A stretch of DNA of 64,000 nucleotides, taken from positions 98,704,001 to 98,768,000 of the forward strand of contig OZ024741.1 in assembly GCA_964016885.1 (NCBI GenBank), in the 5' to 3' direction. This document shows, piece after piece, positions 41,181 to 57,780 of the stretch; positions within the stretch are counted from its first letter, which is position 1, and each line of letters begins with the position of its first letter. A program made the position numbers and the translations under genes. The stretch comes from Eledone cirrhosa (lineage: Eukaryota). The notes under the pieces were generated by a model that had not been told where the DNA came from, made no database searches, and was given only the letters and a program-made list of their open reading frames with translations.

Positions 41181-41277
41181 TAATTGTTTCTACTTTTGGC
41201 ACAAGGCCAGCAATTATCCAGTGCATTACTGGTACTTTATTTTCCGACCCCGTAAGGATGAAAGGCAAAGTCAACCT
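41181..41277 (-). mobile_element. 5'-truncated SINE
   Basis: 3' half of the SINE consensus. Confidence 0.85.
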
Positions 41278-41301
41278 ATATATAAATCAATATATATACA
41301 T

Positions 41302-42240
41302 AATACAATGAAATACACAGACACATGCGAATACATACATATACATGCATATACCCACATATATCCCTGAATTTGTGTGGTGCTAACCTTAACCGTTGTT
41401 GCTCTATGAATAATAGGGACAAAATAATCTGAATGGATTAGATTGATTCAATATCAGAGCTATATAATACATTATAAAGAAAGAAGAAACATTAGATATA
41501 AAGAAAAATATATAATATACCTAAATTCCTTCATTATGCTTGACTACGTAGTTTCGTGGCTATTATGCAAAAACATTACATCATAGAGATGCAGTATTTT
41601 TGTGAGGTTTGCCGACTTATCAAGAGGATACCTCATGTAGTGTTTCAAAACACGTCCGTAGGACGAAAGGCGAAGGATGAACTTATCACATGATACAGCG
41701 GTCAAGAAACAGAGCTCAGCCTCTTACAACCAAGAGAAAAATACCACAAAAGGCGGAGGGTGTATTTATGTCAATGCCGTAGAAGAGTTGGCTAGGAGGG
41801 CGATAAGTGTGATTAGTGTAAGCTTAACAGCAGTCACTATGCTTCAGTGGTTACTCTACCGTAGGGAGTTATAAACAATACAAAGAAATACACAAACACA
41901 TGCGAATACATACATATACATGCATATACATGCTTATATCCCTGAATTTGTGTGGTGCCAACCTTAACCGTTGTTGCTCTATGAATAATAGGGACAACAT
42001 AATCTGAATGGATTAGATTGATTCAATATCAGAGCTATATAATACATTATAAAGAAAGAAGAAACATTAGATATAAATAAAAAGATATAATATACCTAAA
42101 TTCCTTCATTATCCTCACAAAAATACTGCATCTCTATGATGTAAGGTTTTTTCATAATAGCCACGAGGATAATGAAGGAATTTAGGTATATTATATCTTT
42201 TTATTTATATCTAATGTTTCTTCTTTCTTTATAATGTATT
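41302..42240 (-). mobile_element. Non-coding unit with ~235 bp direct repeats and inverted tail; hammerhead-like motif 41537-41628 (-)
   Basis: 41302-41537 ~ 41877-42110; 42112-42165 and 42166-42240 are inverted pieces. Minus strand reads ttgataa-gtcggc..gccac-gaaa-ctacgtagt-c. Confidence 0.7.
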
Positions 42241-42252
42241 ATATATATAAAT

Positions 42253-42282
<30 letters not shown>

Positions 42283-42286
<4 letters not shown>

Positions 42287-43018
42287 CAACTAGAAATTGA
42301 TTGATTTATATATATATATTTAAAATAACCACATGAAACAATCACAGGGGATAATTTGTAAAGTGTGTAATCACACATAGCTAGGTAGGTAACTAATTAT
42401 AGTTTAACTAGAACTTCAAATATTACCTTTTAAAAAATGATTAATCTTCCTTGTATATATTTCATTAAAGAAATATATTTCACCATTAATCCGTAAAGTC
42501 ACAGTAGTCAAATCTTGGATATTCAGCAAGGGAGAAGATTTAACTATCTGTGTTTACACATCTAATGCAAATCTGCGAGTGACCCTTCGCACGTGTTGCA
42601 ATTCTAAAACTACTAACAACATGCGAGCGTCACCCCAGTGGCGTGAATAGGGTGATCGACAGCTATAAATAGCAGCCGAGTCCTTTCAACTGAGTTAGCT
42701 CTACAATTAAGGAGCCGTGTATATATCCAAAATTAATTTAATTTAATTAAATTAAGGGAGTCATGTCCGAGACATGCGCCATATCCACCGAAGAATAAGC
42801 TCAAATATTCCAATGAATAGAGCCGAGCATTTTATATCAACTAGAAATTGAATGACATATATATATATTTAAAATAAAAATATGAAACAATCAGAGGGGA
42901 TAATTTGTTGATATAAAATGCTCGGACCTATTCATTGGAATCTTTGCGCTTATTCTACGGTGGATATGGCGCATGTCTCGGACATGACTCCCTTAATTTA
43001 ATTTAATTAAATTAATTT

Positions 43019-43020
<2 letters not shown>
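42283..43020. mobile_element. Non-coding unit with ~75 bp direct repeats and inverted tail
   Basis: 42283-42359 ~ 42834-42908; 42907-43020 is the inverse of 42727-42841. Confidence 0.7.
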
Positions 43021-43057
<37 letters not shown>

Positions 43058-43253
43058 TATTTAATTTAATATTTAAATTAATTTAATATTTAAATATATA
43101 TATATTTAAATATTATATATATATATATAAATATTATATATATATATATAAATATTATATATATATATATAAATATTATATATATATATATATATAAATA
43201 TTATATATATATATAAATATTATATATATATATAAATATTATATATATATATA

Positions 43254-43336
<83 letters not shown>

Positions 43337-43485
43337 AATATATATATATATACACAGAGGTATCCACTGTAAGTCGTGGAATCTATTCTGTATGAAGAAC
43401 TCAATGAAATCCATATGTTGAAAATGTTGTAGGTTAAGGTAAATCTGAGAAAACAATAAAACATTAAAAGGAAAACAGAGTCATG

Positions 43486-43628
43486 ATATAAGTTAAAACA
43501 ATAAAATAAAAAACCAAGTCCTTAGAGATATACTTCACTGCTTTTTTTTTAAAGCAGTAAAGTAAGTATAAAGCAGTGGAGTATATCTCTAAGGACTTGA
43601 TTTTTTATTTCATTGTTTTAACTTATAT
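43486..43628. repeat. Inverted repeat (~60 bp arms)
   Basis: ataagttaaaacaat..aagtccttagagatatacttcactgcttt and its reverse complement. Confidence 0.85.
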
Positions 43629-43853
43629 ATATATATATAACTATTGTCATCTTGTCTGACGGTTTGAACTTCACAAAACCACCTGCCTCTTTGAGGTCAA
43701 ATATCAACCCTACTACCATCTACAAACTGACCAATGAGAATCAAGAGTATTCCTGCTGACAACATTAATTTATTCCTAACAAGCTCATATGTCCCAAGGC
43801 TCTAATACCATCAACACTATAAACACAGAGCTGGCATATCTAAGAACTGACTA

Positions 43854-43909
43854 ACTGCCTGATGAGGTCATAGCCATTCAATGGCTATCATCGAAATATA
43901 TATAGCAGT
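43854..43909 (+). ncRNA. Intact type I hammerhead ribozyme
   Basis: actgc-ctgatga-ggtcatagccatt c aatggctatcatc-gaaa-tatatat-a-gcagt; perfect 5 bp stem I, long stem II, AUA cleavage triplet. Confidence 0.88.
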
Positions 43910-44066
43910 AAATAAAGGATTATGAGTTCATGCAATTGCCTTATGTTCCGTCACTATATTTAAATATATATATATATATATATATATTTAAATAAAGAAA
44001 AAAAGATGAAGTCGAAAATGCAACTGGGGTCTTATTTTAAAAAATATATATATATTTATTTGGTTC

Positions 44067-44102
44067 CTTTACCGGTTTCGCAGTTCTTCTGCTTTTCAAA
44101 AG
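44067..44102 (-). ncRNA. Minimal hammerhead with U3:A8 core
   Basis: Minus strand: ctt-ttgaaaa-gcag aagaa ctgc-gaaa-ccggt-a-aag. Confidence 0.65.
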
Positions 44103-44146
44103 TAGAGTTGACATGGAGGGTCTGTGGTTTTTCTGACATCTGTATT

Positions 44147-44189
<43 letters not shown>

Positions 44190-44308
44190 ATATATATATA
44201 TGTATATATATATATATGTGTATATATATATGTGTGTATATATATGTGTGTATATATATGTGTGTGTATATATATGTGTGTATATATATATATATGTGTG
44301 TGTATATA

Positions 44309-44355
<47 letters not shown>

Positions 44356-44394
44356 GTGTGTATATATATATATATGTGTATATATACATATATG

Positions 44395-44431
<37 letters not shown>

Positions 44432-44459
44432 GTGTATATACATATATATATGTATATAT

Positions 44460-44504
<45 letters not shown>

Positions 44505-44596
44505 TGTATGTATATATCTATCTATCTATCTAAGGCGGGTAAAATTCCCGAGATCCATGGACGAGTTCTCTCCAGTGGTCTCTGTCCCTCATTTTC

Positions 44597-44843
44597 GCTG
44601 CCAAATGGTGGATGGGTGCTACACGAGAATGCTGAGGATGGCTCTGAACATTAATCAGTATACACTGAGGATGAAAAACTCAGAGCTGTATGGGAGCATC
44701 CCAGAAGTCAGCTCAAAAGTGACACAGAGGAGACTGAGGTTGGCTGGACATGCTCACCGACATCCAGAGTTGACATTGCACTCAGTGCTCCTTTGGGAGC
44801 CCCTACATGGACACACTAGAAGAGGAAGACCAAGGTTAACGTA
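44597..44843 (+). mobile_element. RTE/RTEX-type LINE C-terminal fragment
   Basis: [34 protein letters not shown]....VLLWEP.HG...RGRP..TY. Confidence 0.85.
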
Positions 44844-44876
44844 TGTATATATATATATATGTATATATATATATGC

Positions 44877-44907
<31 letters not shown>

Positions 44908-44910
44908 TGC

Positions 44911-44941
<31 letters not shown>

Positions 44942-44960
44942 TATGCATATATATATATGC

Positions 44961-45981
<1,021 letters not shown>

Positions 45982-46027
45982 TTATATATATATAATTAAG
46001 TTAAATTTAATTTCGTTTCGTTATTTG

Positions 46028-46078
<51 letters not shown>

Positions 46079-46245
46079 ATATGTATATATATATATATAT
46101 ATATTTGTATATGTACATATATATATATATATATATTTGTATATGTATATATATATATATATATTTGTATATGTACATATATATATATATGTATATATAT
46201 ATACATATATATATATATATGTATATATATATGTATATATATATT

Positions 46246-46346
<101 letters not shown>

Positions 46347-46348
46347 GC

Positions 46349-46386
<38 letters not shown>

Positions 46387-46419
46387 GCATATATATATAT
46401 ATATGCATATATATATATA

Positions 46420-48937
46420 CATGATGTGGACCGACATCCTAAAGCCAAGCAGACGCACTGCCAACAACTTCTAGGCGTCTAACAATGGCATACCACCCTT
46501 GTATGGGCTCCGCAAAGACTACAAGACAGTCGACGACCCGACAACAGGACCACCAACAAGACCTGTATGCGGAGCAAATGTAGCTAGAAACTACAGGATC
46601 TCCTACTTCCTCTCAATGGTTATACGCCCCATAATCAAGATGTCCCCAGATGTATGTGACAGTACAGAGGACTTCCTCAGCATAATCAGTGAGTGCAACA
46701 AAAACAGGAACCTATCCAACTGCATAATAGGCAGTATGGATGTGGTATCACTGTACCCATCCATTAACATTGATTTTGCTGTGAAAAGATGTGTGGAGAT
46801 GATCATTGAGAGTGAGGTGGAGTTCTGCGACGTTGACACAGACGAACTGGGCCTCCTACTTAGACTTACCTACGACACTGACTACCTAGACAGCCATGAC
46901 CTTAGACGTTTCTGCCCTCGTAGACCTATAAGAGGTAGACCCCCACCATAACCTCAATGGCAAAAAAGACTCCCATGGGAAGGTGGATTGGGTGGATCAA
47001 AGCTATACGGACCCCCCAAAACAATGATCAGGTAAGAAAAATGGTCGCACATGCAATAGGGGCTAGTATCAAAACTACCCTAAAGGCCTACATATTTAAG
47101 TTCAACGAGAAGATCTACACCCAAAATAGGGAGCAGCCATTGGCGTCAGCATAGCTGGTGATGTTGCCAACCTTTTCATGGTATGGTGGGAAAGGAGACT
47201 TAAAGATCTCCTTAATGAGAGCTCCATAGACCTCATCATGTACTCTCGTTATGTAGACGATATCAATATAGTTATAAGAACACCCCCACTAGAGAGCACT
47301 AACAAGTTTGATTTAGAACGTAGCACGATGGAAAGCATCCAGCAGATAGCTAATTCCATACACCACAGTATAACTGTAACTATCGACTTCCCTTCCAAAC
47401 ACCCTAACAATAGACTACCTGTATTAGACACAGAACTCTGGATGAACACCCTAGACGAGAGAACCCAAATTCTCCACTCACACTATGCTAAACCCATGGC
47501 CTCCAAATACCTGATACTCAAAAACTCAGCAATGTCCAGTAGTGCTAAGTTTAATATTCTGATCGCAGATTTGGTACGAGTGATGAAGAATGTGTCCCGC
47601 ATGTGCGACCCAACAGAAATGGAAAGACACATCCAACACTTCATCAACCGCATGCAGTTCTCTGGCTACAACCAAAGAGACAGAGTCAGAGTATACGAAG
47701 GAGCCATGGAGAAGTATAAGACCCTCATAGAACTGGACATGAAAGGAATTTGCCCATTATACAGGAGCAAATCATGGAATAGCTTAGATAGGACTAGACA
47801 TAAGATAGGGAAAGCCACCTCATGGTACGACAACCAGAGATACCAGAGTGTCATGTTTGTGGACGCTACCCCTGGAGGGAAATTAGCTAACCAGTGTAGA
47901 AAGGCCCTGAGAAAGACCCACTTAAAAATTAAGGTGGTAGAAAAGCCAGGAACCACCATAAAATTCCTGATCAGCAAAACCTACCCTTTTAAGAAAACCC
48001 ACTGTACCAATAGGAAATGTATCATATGTAAGGTAAACCCCCGGATAAACTGTAAAACTAGAAACGTAGTCTATAGCATAAGATGTACAGAGGGTACTTG
48101 CAGAAACATGACAACAACATACATAGGTGAGACAGCTCGTAGCATAGGTGAAAGGATAGACCAACACTGGGGGAACTAAAAGGACGAAAAAACGGGTCAG
48201 TACTATACCAACATACTAGACAACATAGAAATTAGAATAATATCTAAACATAGAAATGACCCATCAGATAGGCAAATCAGAGACGCCAGTGAAATAGAAA
48301 TTAGAAGACCAAGACTAAACAGAAAGAATGAATGGAATAACAACAACACCCAAACAAACAACACTGACCTAAGAGAAGTATAAATAAGCAAATAAAATAA
48401 AATAAATAAATAAATAAATAAATAAATACATACACAAGCACAATAACAACAAGCACATAAACACACACTAGTCACCCATCATACAGCAAACAAAACACTA
48501 AAAACACACGCAAACGCATGCGCAAAGAAGACAAAATAAAATAAACAAACAAGCAAATAAATAAATAAATATATAGACAGACTGAATAAAAATGGCGTAG
48601 ACATACAATACAACAGGAGGAAACGATAACACCACTGACGATGTTGCAGATGTGCAACGAAAGATTTATGATAAACTATATACATGTGTTTGTGTCCATA
48701 TTGTATCTGTATTATTTTTGACCGTCGGTCAGTCAATGGCAACATTGAGGACCGAGTAAGTTAGATTACCGATATAAAAGACACAGAAGCGAAAAGCGGA
48801 AACCAACCAAACAGTGAGTGTGTTCTGTTATTAATTCTGGCAATATTACACAAATATGACCCTCCCCAAGTATAACAATATTTGTTTCGATACACGATTT
48901 CATATAAAAAACCTCGCAAAACTAATTCATCGCCGCT
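46420..48937 (+). mobile_element. 5'-truncated PLE, same family as 25848-30775
   Basis: RT and GIY-YIG ORF pieces 46499..48179 closely match the minus-strand copy. It ends ~80 nt into the ORF start and is followed by (TA)n. Confidence 0.92.
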
Positions 48938-49085
48938 ATATATATATATATATACAAATATAAATTAGCGAGAATCGTTTTCAGCTCAGGAATTAACGAA
49001 AATCAACGTCCGATATGTGTGGCAAGCGCTCGATGAATCATATGAATCAGAGCTACAACATACGTTAAGGGCCAAACACACTGAG

Positions 49086-50650
<1,565 letters not shown>

Positions 50651-52636
50651 GTCTAACCTTACCTTTCTCCTTGTAAACTGTTTTTATTCCCTAACATTGC
50701 CCATACTTTCAAACAGGCATGTCATTTGCACGTGTATTCTGACGATTTATGTAATTATATACTATAAAGAAATTATCAAAAGATCATTCTTATCTTTAAT
50801 CAACTCCACGTGGCAGTAATCAACATAGACAATAGGCTTCTTTATGCAAAGCATTAATTCGTCAAACTTCAAATTTACCAGATTGCATGATTGTTCATAT
50901 ATCCAGTAATGCTTGTATATTTGGTGCTAATAGTTAAATACGTTCAACACTAATGCATTCATTGTTAACGGTACTGGTCCACTAGTATCAACATTAAAAA
51001 TAAAATTCTTATCCACTTTCCCGTGCACTTTTATCCTATTTACATTTTTCCCTCGCTACAAGCCTTCCCAATTTCTTAACTGTTCTTTCCACTCCCCCAA
51101 TATTACTGAGTCCACCACGTCATACCATACGCAAAACCCTATCTTTGTGCGCATGCGTCAGTTCCACCTCTAATGGATATGTGCAAGTTCCAACTTGGTT
51201 GTGATTTCGTAAAACTGTAAGAAGAAGAAGAAGAAGAAGAAGTGACATAGTATTCTATTGCGGAATGTTTCAGCAGAAGTTGATAAAAAACGTGTTTATT
51301 TATGACTGCCGTATTTCTTCTTCTTCAAAGAATTTCTATTGTTATTAAATATTTATTTATCTATCTACTATTAGTATATATTGTAAACAATAGTGCCAGT
51401 GATTATATGTTGTCAACTGGTTCGTTGCATTGCTAATGGCAATTGTAATAGGGGCGAATCAAATTTATGCATGGGGCTTATATATTGAGAGCGTGATGGG
51501 GGGATAGAAAGTGAATTATGAGTGAGAAAGAGCGATCACTTTTAGTCTTGCCAACTGAGATGAACATGCTTTGCATATGAGGTCTAATAAGTCCAAAACA
51601 TGGTTTGCTTTCACCAGTTGATTAAAGAACCAGGTCCATTTCAATCTACATTATCTATTTGTTCAAAGATTTCGATCATCTGAATTTATTGGAGTTATCT
51701 CCTTGTTCTCTTCATGTTTTAAACACCCGCATGAAGGTTGTCCTAACATTTACAAGTCAGTCAATTGCATATGCGGGAACATAGCATATAAAGTATGATG
51801 TTCTAGAATTATAATAGTAGTAACATTAACTTGGACAATCCCCCAAGCTAGTCCTTATCAAACAGGTCCCTATAATCATATAATCACCAGACATTTTCGT
51901 GCTATGTTTTCGATATCTTATACTACATCAGTCAACGTGTCCTTATTTTATAAAGCGTAAAGTGATATTTAAGACAGATTGTGTTGCTATTCTTAGCGTG
52001 GATGCTCTCTTGCCCTGTAACATGGACAAGAATGGTATGTTAATATATTGATTTTTTAAACATTGATACAATGCCAAAAGCCTTGTGGTGTCAGGAGGTC
52101 GTAGAGAGAATAATCAATCTTACACTTGTCTAGTACTTATCGTATCGATTCCACCGGGAGTAAATGAAAGATAAAGATATGATGCTTGTGGGATTTATAC
52201 GCAGAAGGTATTGAGACAAACTTAAATATTGCAAGCTATTTTCTCCAGCGCTCCAGCGATTCTGCAATCCTTTGTTAATATTACAACATTAATTTTTTAT
52301 ATACTGCGAACATGATTTTTTTTGATTTTTTTTCAAATGAAGGCTATAGGACAGTGAGTCAATTTTCACGTGCACATTTCATCACTGATATTTACTATTA
52401 TCAACGCCTTGAGGAATGAAAAACAAAATTCATTTTGAGATGATTTAAATGTCTCAAAACATATATATTTTTTTTTAATCTAACCCAGAAAAAAAGAGAA
52501 AATAATAAAGGAAAACATCTTTTTTTTCTTCTTAATAATCGTCTTTTTCTCCCTATTTACATATATATATATTCCAACTCGTGTGTTCCTTCTCCACATT
52601 TTATAATTATATATATATGTATATATTAATCATTTA

Positions 52637-52715
52637 TTATTAGCACAGATTAAAAGTTTAAGCAGGAAATTTCTGCTGACTCCCTAAAGCTTAAACTTTT
52701 AATCTGTGCTAATAA
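52637..52715. repeat. Short palindrome of a repeat end also seen at 54265-54326 (-) and 63940-64000 (+)
   Basis: acagattaaa(a)gtttaagc motif in all three. Confidence 0.7.
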
Positions 52716-52777
52716 AATATATTTGCACTGCGTGTTTTTATATACTTATACATATACAACCCTTTATCAAGTCCCCT

Positions 52778-52900
52778 CTGGATTGGCAGTATCGGTAGAG
52801 GGTCGGATGTCATGCATTGCAGTATAAAATTATGGCCCTTTATGGAATCAATTCAAATCCCGCTACGGTTAACTTTGCCTTTCATTCGTAGAAACAATTA
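52778..52900 (+). mobile_element. Internally deleted SINE
   Basis: ggattggcagtatcggtagag..ttcaaatcccgc..ttaactttgcctttcat..gtagaaacaattatt. Confidence 0.8.
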
Positions 52901-54330
52901 TTATATATATATAGTAGAGAGTCAGGGCACCACGGCTGAGCTCTCTCTCTATATATTGCTCAAATCAGTGTTATCCTTCATTTACTTATATATGTATACA
53001 TAGGAGATAGTGGACGGTGTTTACACTTCAGTCTATTCTCAGGAAAGGTTTCTAATATTTTAGAATGTTGTTATATCTACATTAAACATCTCGTAAATTT
53101 CCTATTATATGCTGCTCTAGCTTAAAAGTAATTCATTTCTTTCATTACATTGTTAAGCAAATCCCCGTTGTTCAATTTGTACTAACCATTTCAGTTGTAT
53201 ACCACATCATTTTTTACATACGTTGCATTACTATAAGATTTTGCTGTTACAGACTCATATAAGGGTAACTATAAATTGATGACTAGGCAGATATCTCCCA
53301 AAGACTTGAAGATTATCTACAGTTTTTTTTTTACTTAGAGACAATATCATAGTGTGTACGAATCATTATTTTCATATCCAGGTTTCAAATTCTCAAATAT
53401 ATATATCGTAGTTAAGTTTATCTTATACCTTTGAATATACGTTATGTTCAAAACATACATGTGCCTGTTTGCTTTTGCGCGAATGTGCGCGTGTGTGTAT
53501 TTGCGTGTGAGTGTGTTTGTGTGCGTATCTTTTTGTACATACTTCCCATGTTTTTCATACATATTTACCTCGACTGCGGTTATCTGTTTCTCTCTTTCTC
53601 TCTTACTGCTCCCCCGTTCTCTCTGTTTCTCTCACCTTCTTTCGCCCCCTCTGTCAGTTACACTTTCTCTCAACTGACCTCTTCCTCGCACTTCCACTCA
53701 CTCACTCTCTGTTTCTCCCCTTCTCACTTCCACCCGTTCGTTAGTAGTGGGGTTCTTTCTTTCTCACATCTCATTCACGGCGGACGGTCTGTTTTCTGGC
53801 CGCTCATGAAATTCACCCAGCTTATGCTGACCGGATAACCATCATGTTGCTTGCTGTTTTTCTACCTTCGGTTTGCTTTTCCTTCTATGTTGTTTACTTG
53901 TCTCACTCGCTTTACGCGATTCACTTGTCCCAATAGCTTATTTTAGTTATTGCTCGCACCAACCTGAGGTATCTGATTTTTAATGCGATGAAATACCAAT
54001 GATGGTTGGCAAATCACTGATGAAGGACTAATTTTATAATATGTAACCCATGTGCAGCCACGCAGTATTCCTCTTCCTTCCCATGTTTTTCATATATATA
54101 TATATATATATAAGAAGAAATTAAAAGATGGTTAAAAAGTTCCATGTATTTTATATATGTACTTATCCGATATTTGCATTGCTTTATTGTGCTACAATAA
54201 AACTCACCTCCTACATCTATATATATATATATATAGTAATAATAATAAATTTGGAGACTAAATCCAAAGAGGCTCGATAAGGGTAAAAGCTGCGATTCTT
54301 TGCTTAAACTTTAATCTGTTATTTTAATAA

Positions 54331-54396
<66 letters not shown>

Positions 54397-54464
54397 GTGT
54401 GTCTGTATAAATGTATTTACCCTTACATACATATATATAAAATGTATACACACACAAATATATA

Positions 54465-54620
54465 TAAGAAAAGAATCAGGACCCCGACGGCTGAGCTGTC
54501 AAAACGGCCGGGGGTCAGCCGTCGGAGTCCTGACTCTTTTCTTATTACCCACTCTAACTACCCTAAGTATCGAGTACTCTGGTGCGTTATGGTCCACCTG
54601 GTTCCTTACTACACTTACTT
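54465..54620 (+). repeat. Dispersed repeat with 5' inverted segment
   Basis: aaaagaatcaggaccccgacggctga / tcagccgtcggagtcctgactctttt hairpin; the rest matches 12405-12505. Confidence 0.75.
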
Positions 54621-54878
54621 TGTTATATATATATATATATAAATATATAGGATCCGGGTAAATATTTCATTCATTTATTTTGTTTGACCCGTTTAGCCTG
54701 CTTCATTTTTTTTTTTTGCTTAGGTGGTTGATAGCTTCTTAACCGCCGTCTCAGTTTGTATGGCCTTTATTGCATATGTTTATTACTCTGGTCTCTTTTG
54801 GTCCATGCAGCGCTTGCCAACACAAATCGGAAATTGCGTTTCGCTTATTTCTAACCGCCGAAAAATGATTCTCGCTGA

Positions 54879-54918
<40 letters not shown>

Positions 54919-55101
54919 CGAAACGTTAAAACCCTCTTCCTGCTGTATCAAGCGTTAACCTAATATATCCCTTCCATATACTCTACCGATTGTGTTGTTA
55001 TTTCTGTTTACCTTTTACATATATATATATAGAGAGAGAGAGATTCATATATATATATACACATGAGTATGTATGTGTGTATAAATCTGTGTGCGTCTAT
55101 G

Positions 55102-55136
<35 letters not shown>

Positions 55137-55377
55137 GAGTGGGTACGCCTGTGTCTGTGTGTGTTTATTGACATTTTGAAATTATCACAGAACCACATTC
55201 AAAAGATATACTTAGAACACCTTCCATATGTGTACAGTGATTATAATTCCAGTGAGCGTGTTCGGAGGAAGATAGCAACTCAAGTGAAGCATAAAATTCT
55301 CAAATGTTTCTGTCAACAAGTAGTCGTTCTTGTGGAATTTTCGCACAATACCTCTCTTCTTCCTACCCTCTCTATGC

Positions 55378-55455
<78 letters not shown>

Positions 55456-55606
55456 TGTGAGTCTGCGAAACTTCAAATTATGCACATTTGTGTCAAGCTG
55501 TTAATACAAATATTTAAACTCCACGACACGTTCATACTCCTACACACACACACATATATATACATACATACATACTTATATATATATATATATGTATGTA
55601 AGTATG

Positions 55607-55647
<41 letters not shown>

Positions 55648-56312
55648 TTATACATATACACACAACATTGACGTAGACACCATGGTGTTAATAAAAGCAT
55701 GTTGCAGAATTGGTCGTAATTAATTTAAAATAAACAACGGCAACGACGGAGTATGTACGAACAACACTTTGTCGGCTAGAGATGCACCATACGTTGGAAG
55801 TGATTTATATAACCTAAATAACTTACATATTAACCTGGCACGGCTTATTATAATATAAGTTGTTCTTCATACGACATATCAACAGTTCTTGTAGTGCTGT
55901 GCCGGCTTGCGACCCAGTTTCTCTCTTAGATTGATGAAATTTAAGCCATTTCTATTTGCTTCATTTCCATTGCCGATGCGGTTGTGGCGTTGATGATGGA
56001 AAGCTGACATCTTTCATAGGTACTGACAAGATATATATTTTATATTATACCACTATAAAACAAAAACACAACATACAATCTACTTGTTCGTGCTCTTATA
56101 AAAATAATAACTTTTTAATATAATCAGATTGGTACATGGTGGTAGTAGTGTGGGGCTTAGAGAGAAAGCGAGTCGATTTGAACATTAACGCAGGGGTGCT
56201 TCCGCAAGGAAAGTTTGTCTAGTTTTCTATTTCATCCCATTCAGGACTAAACAAAAACAACAAATACTGCTACAACAACAACTACTACTACTACTACCAA
56301 TGATAATAATAA

Positions 56313-56870
56313 GGGTTTCTGATTTAGACACAAGTCAGTAATTTTGAGGGAAGGGGAAAGTCAATTAAGTCGATCTCAGTAGGTTACTGGTGCTTATATT
56401 ATCGACCCCATAAGGATGAAAGGCAAAGCTAGCTTAGGCAGGATTTGAACCCAGAACGTAAAGGGCCATAACACTATGCCACTAGGTATGTTGGCCGACG
56501 CTCTACCGATAATGCCAATACACCGCCCTCGCCAATAATAATAATAATTGTTTCTACTTTTGGCACAAGGCCAGCAAATGCCCAGTACATTATTGGTACT
56601 TTATGTTATCGACCCCGTAAGGATGAAAGGCAAAGTTAACCTCGAAGGGATTTGAATTCAGAACGTAAAGGGATATAATAATAATACTTGTTTCTACTTT
56701 TGGCACAAGGCCAGCAATTACTCCAGTGCATTACTGCTACTTTATTTTATTGACCCCGTAAGGATGAAAGGCAAAGTTAACCTCGGCGGGATTTGAACTC
56801 AGAATGGCAAAAGCCGTAAGTCTATGCGTCACAGCATGGCGGCCGACTCTCTACCAATACTGCCAATCCA
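56313..56870 (-). mobile_element. Three tandem SINEs (~56313-56527, 56545-56672, 56686-56870)
   Basis: Repeated gaccccgtaaggatgaaaggcaaag..atttgaa, with (AAT)n tails between copies. Confidence 0.9.
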
Positions 56871-57400
56871 TCTAATAATAATGACATTAATGTTTACTTA
56901 ATTTCATTTATTTATCCACCAAGAGCAATTATATATGTCATTATTCATACATACACTTGGTTGTTTTTATAAGATAGGAACGAAAAGCGTGTGGATAGAA
57001 CAAGACAAAGATATACTAATACAAAGGGGGCTGAGAAAATCATAATTTGAAAAGTGTGTGAAAATAAGGTCATATAAAGTACATATAAATAAAACAACCT
57101 ATAAACAAAACAGGATATTATTAAGGGTTTTTATCCTCACAGCAGCGAACCCACTGCATTGTCGGATCATAGTACCCCATGTGTTTGCTCGCTTGCCACA
57201 GATCCTGGTGGGATATGGGGCACCTAAAACTGCCCGTTAAGTTTCTTTGAATTGGACAAGACAAAAACCATACCACGTCCTTCAGCTATTCCTCCTTCAA
57301 CAAGTGATATATTTGACAAGGATTTATCTTTTGTGTCTCCTACATTTTGATCCGATATTCTCTTCAATTAATTGATACTTTGAAACTCACATTATTAACC

Positions 57401-57780
57401 GGTTTGGCAGTATCGGTAGAGGGTCGGACGCCATGCTTTGCAGCAAAGAGTTACGGCCCTTTATGGTCTGAGTTCAAATCCCGCCTATGTTAACTTTGCC
57501 TTCCATCCTTACGGGGTCGATAAAATAAAGTACCAGTAATGTACTGGGATAATTGCTGGCCTTGTGCCAAAAGTAGAAACAATCATTAACCGGTGGATTG
57601 GCAGTATCGGTAGAGAGTCTGACGCCATGCTTTTCAGCATAGAGTTACGGCCCTTTACGGTCTGAGTTCAAATCCCGCCGAGGTTGACTTTGCCTTTCAT
57701 CCTTACGGGGTCGATAAAATAAAATACCAGTAATGCACTGGGTAATTGCTGGCCTTGTGCCAAAAGTAGAAACAATTATT
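57401..57780 (+). mobile_element. Two tandem full-length SINEs
   Basis: A/B boxes, central gcctttcatccttacggggtcgataaa domain; at(t/c)attaacc at all three junctions. Confidence 0.92.

Noticed and set aside
50736-50782. Further hammerhead-like words (also ~7420, ~40122, ~54017, ~60827)
   Set aside because: Stems I and III are not convincingly paired or the core is incomplete.
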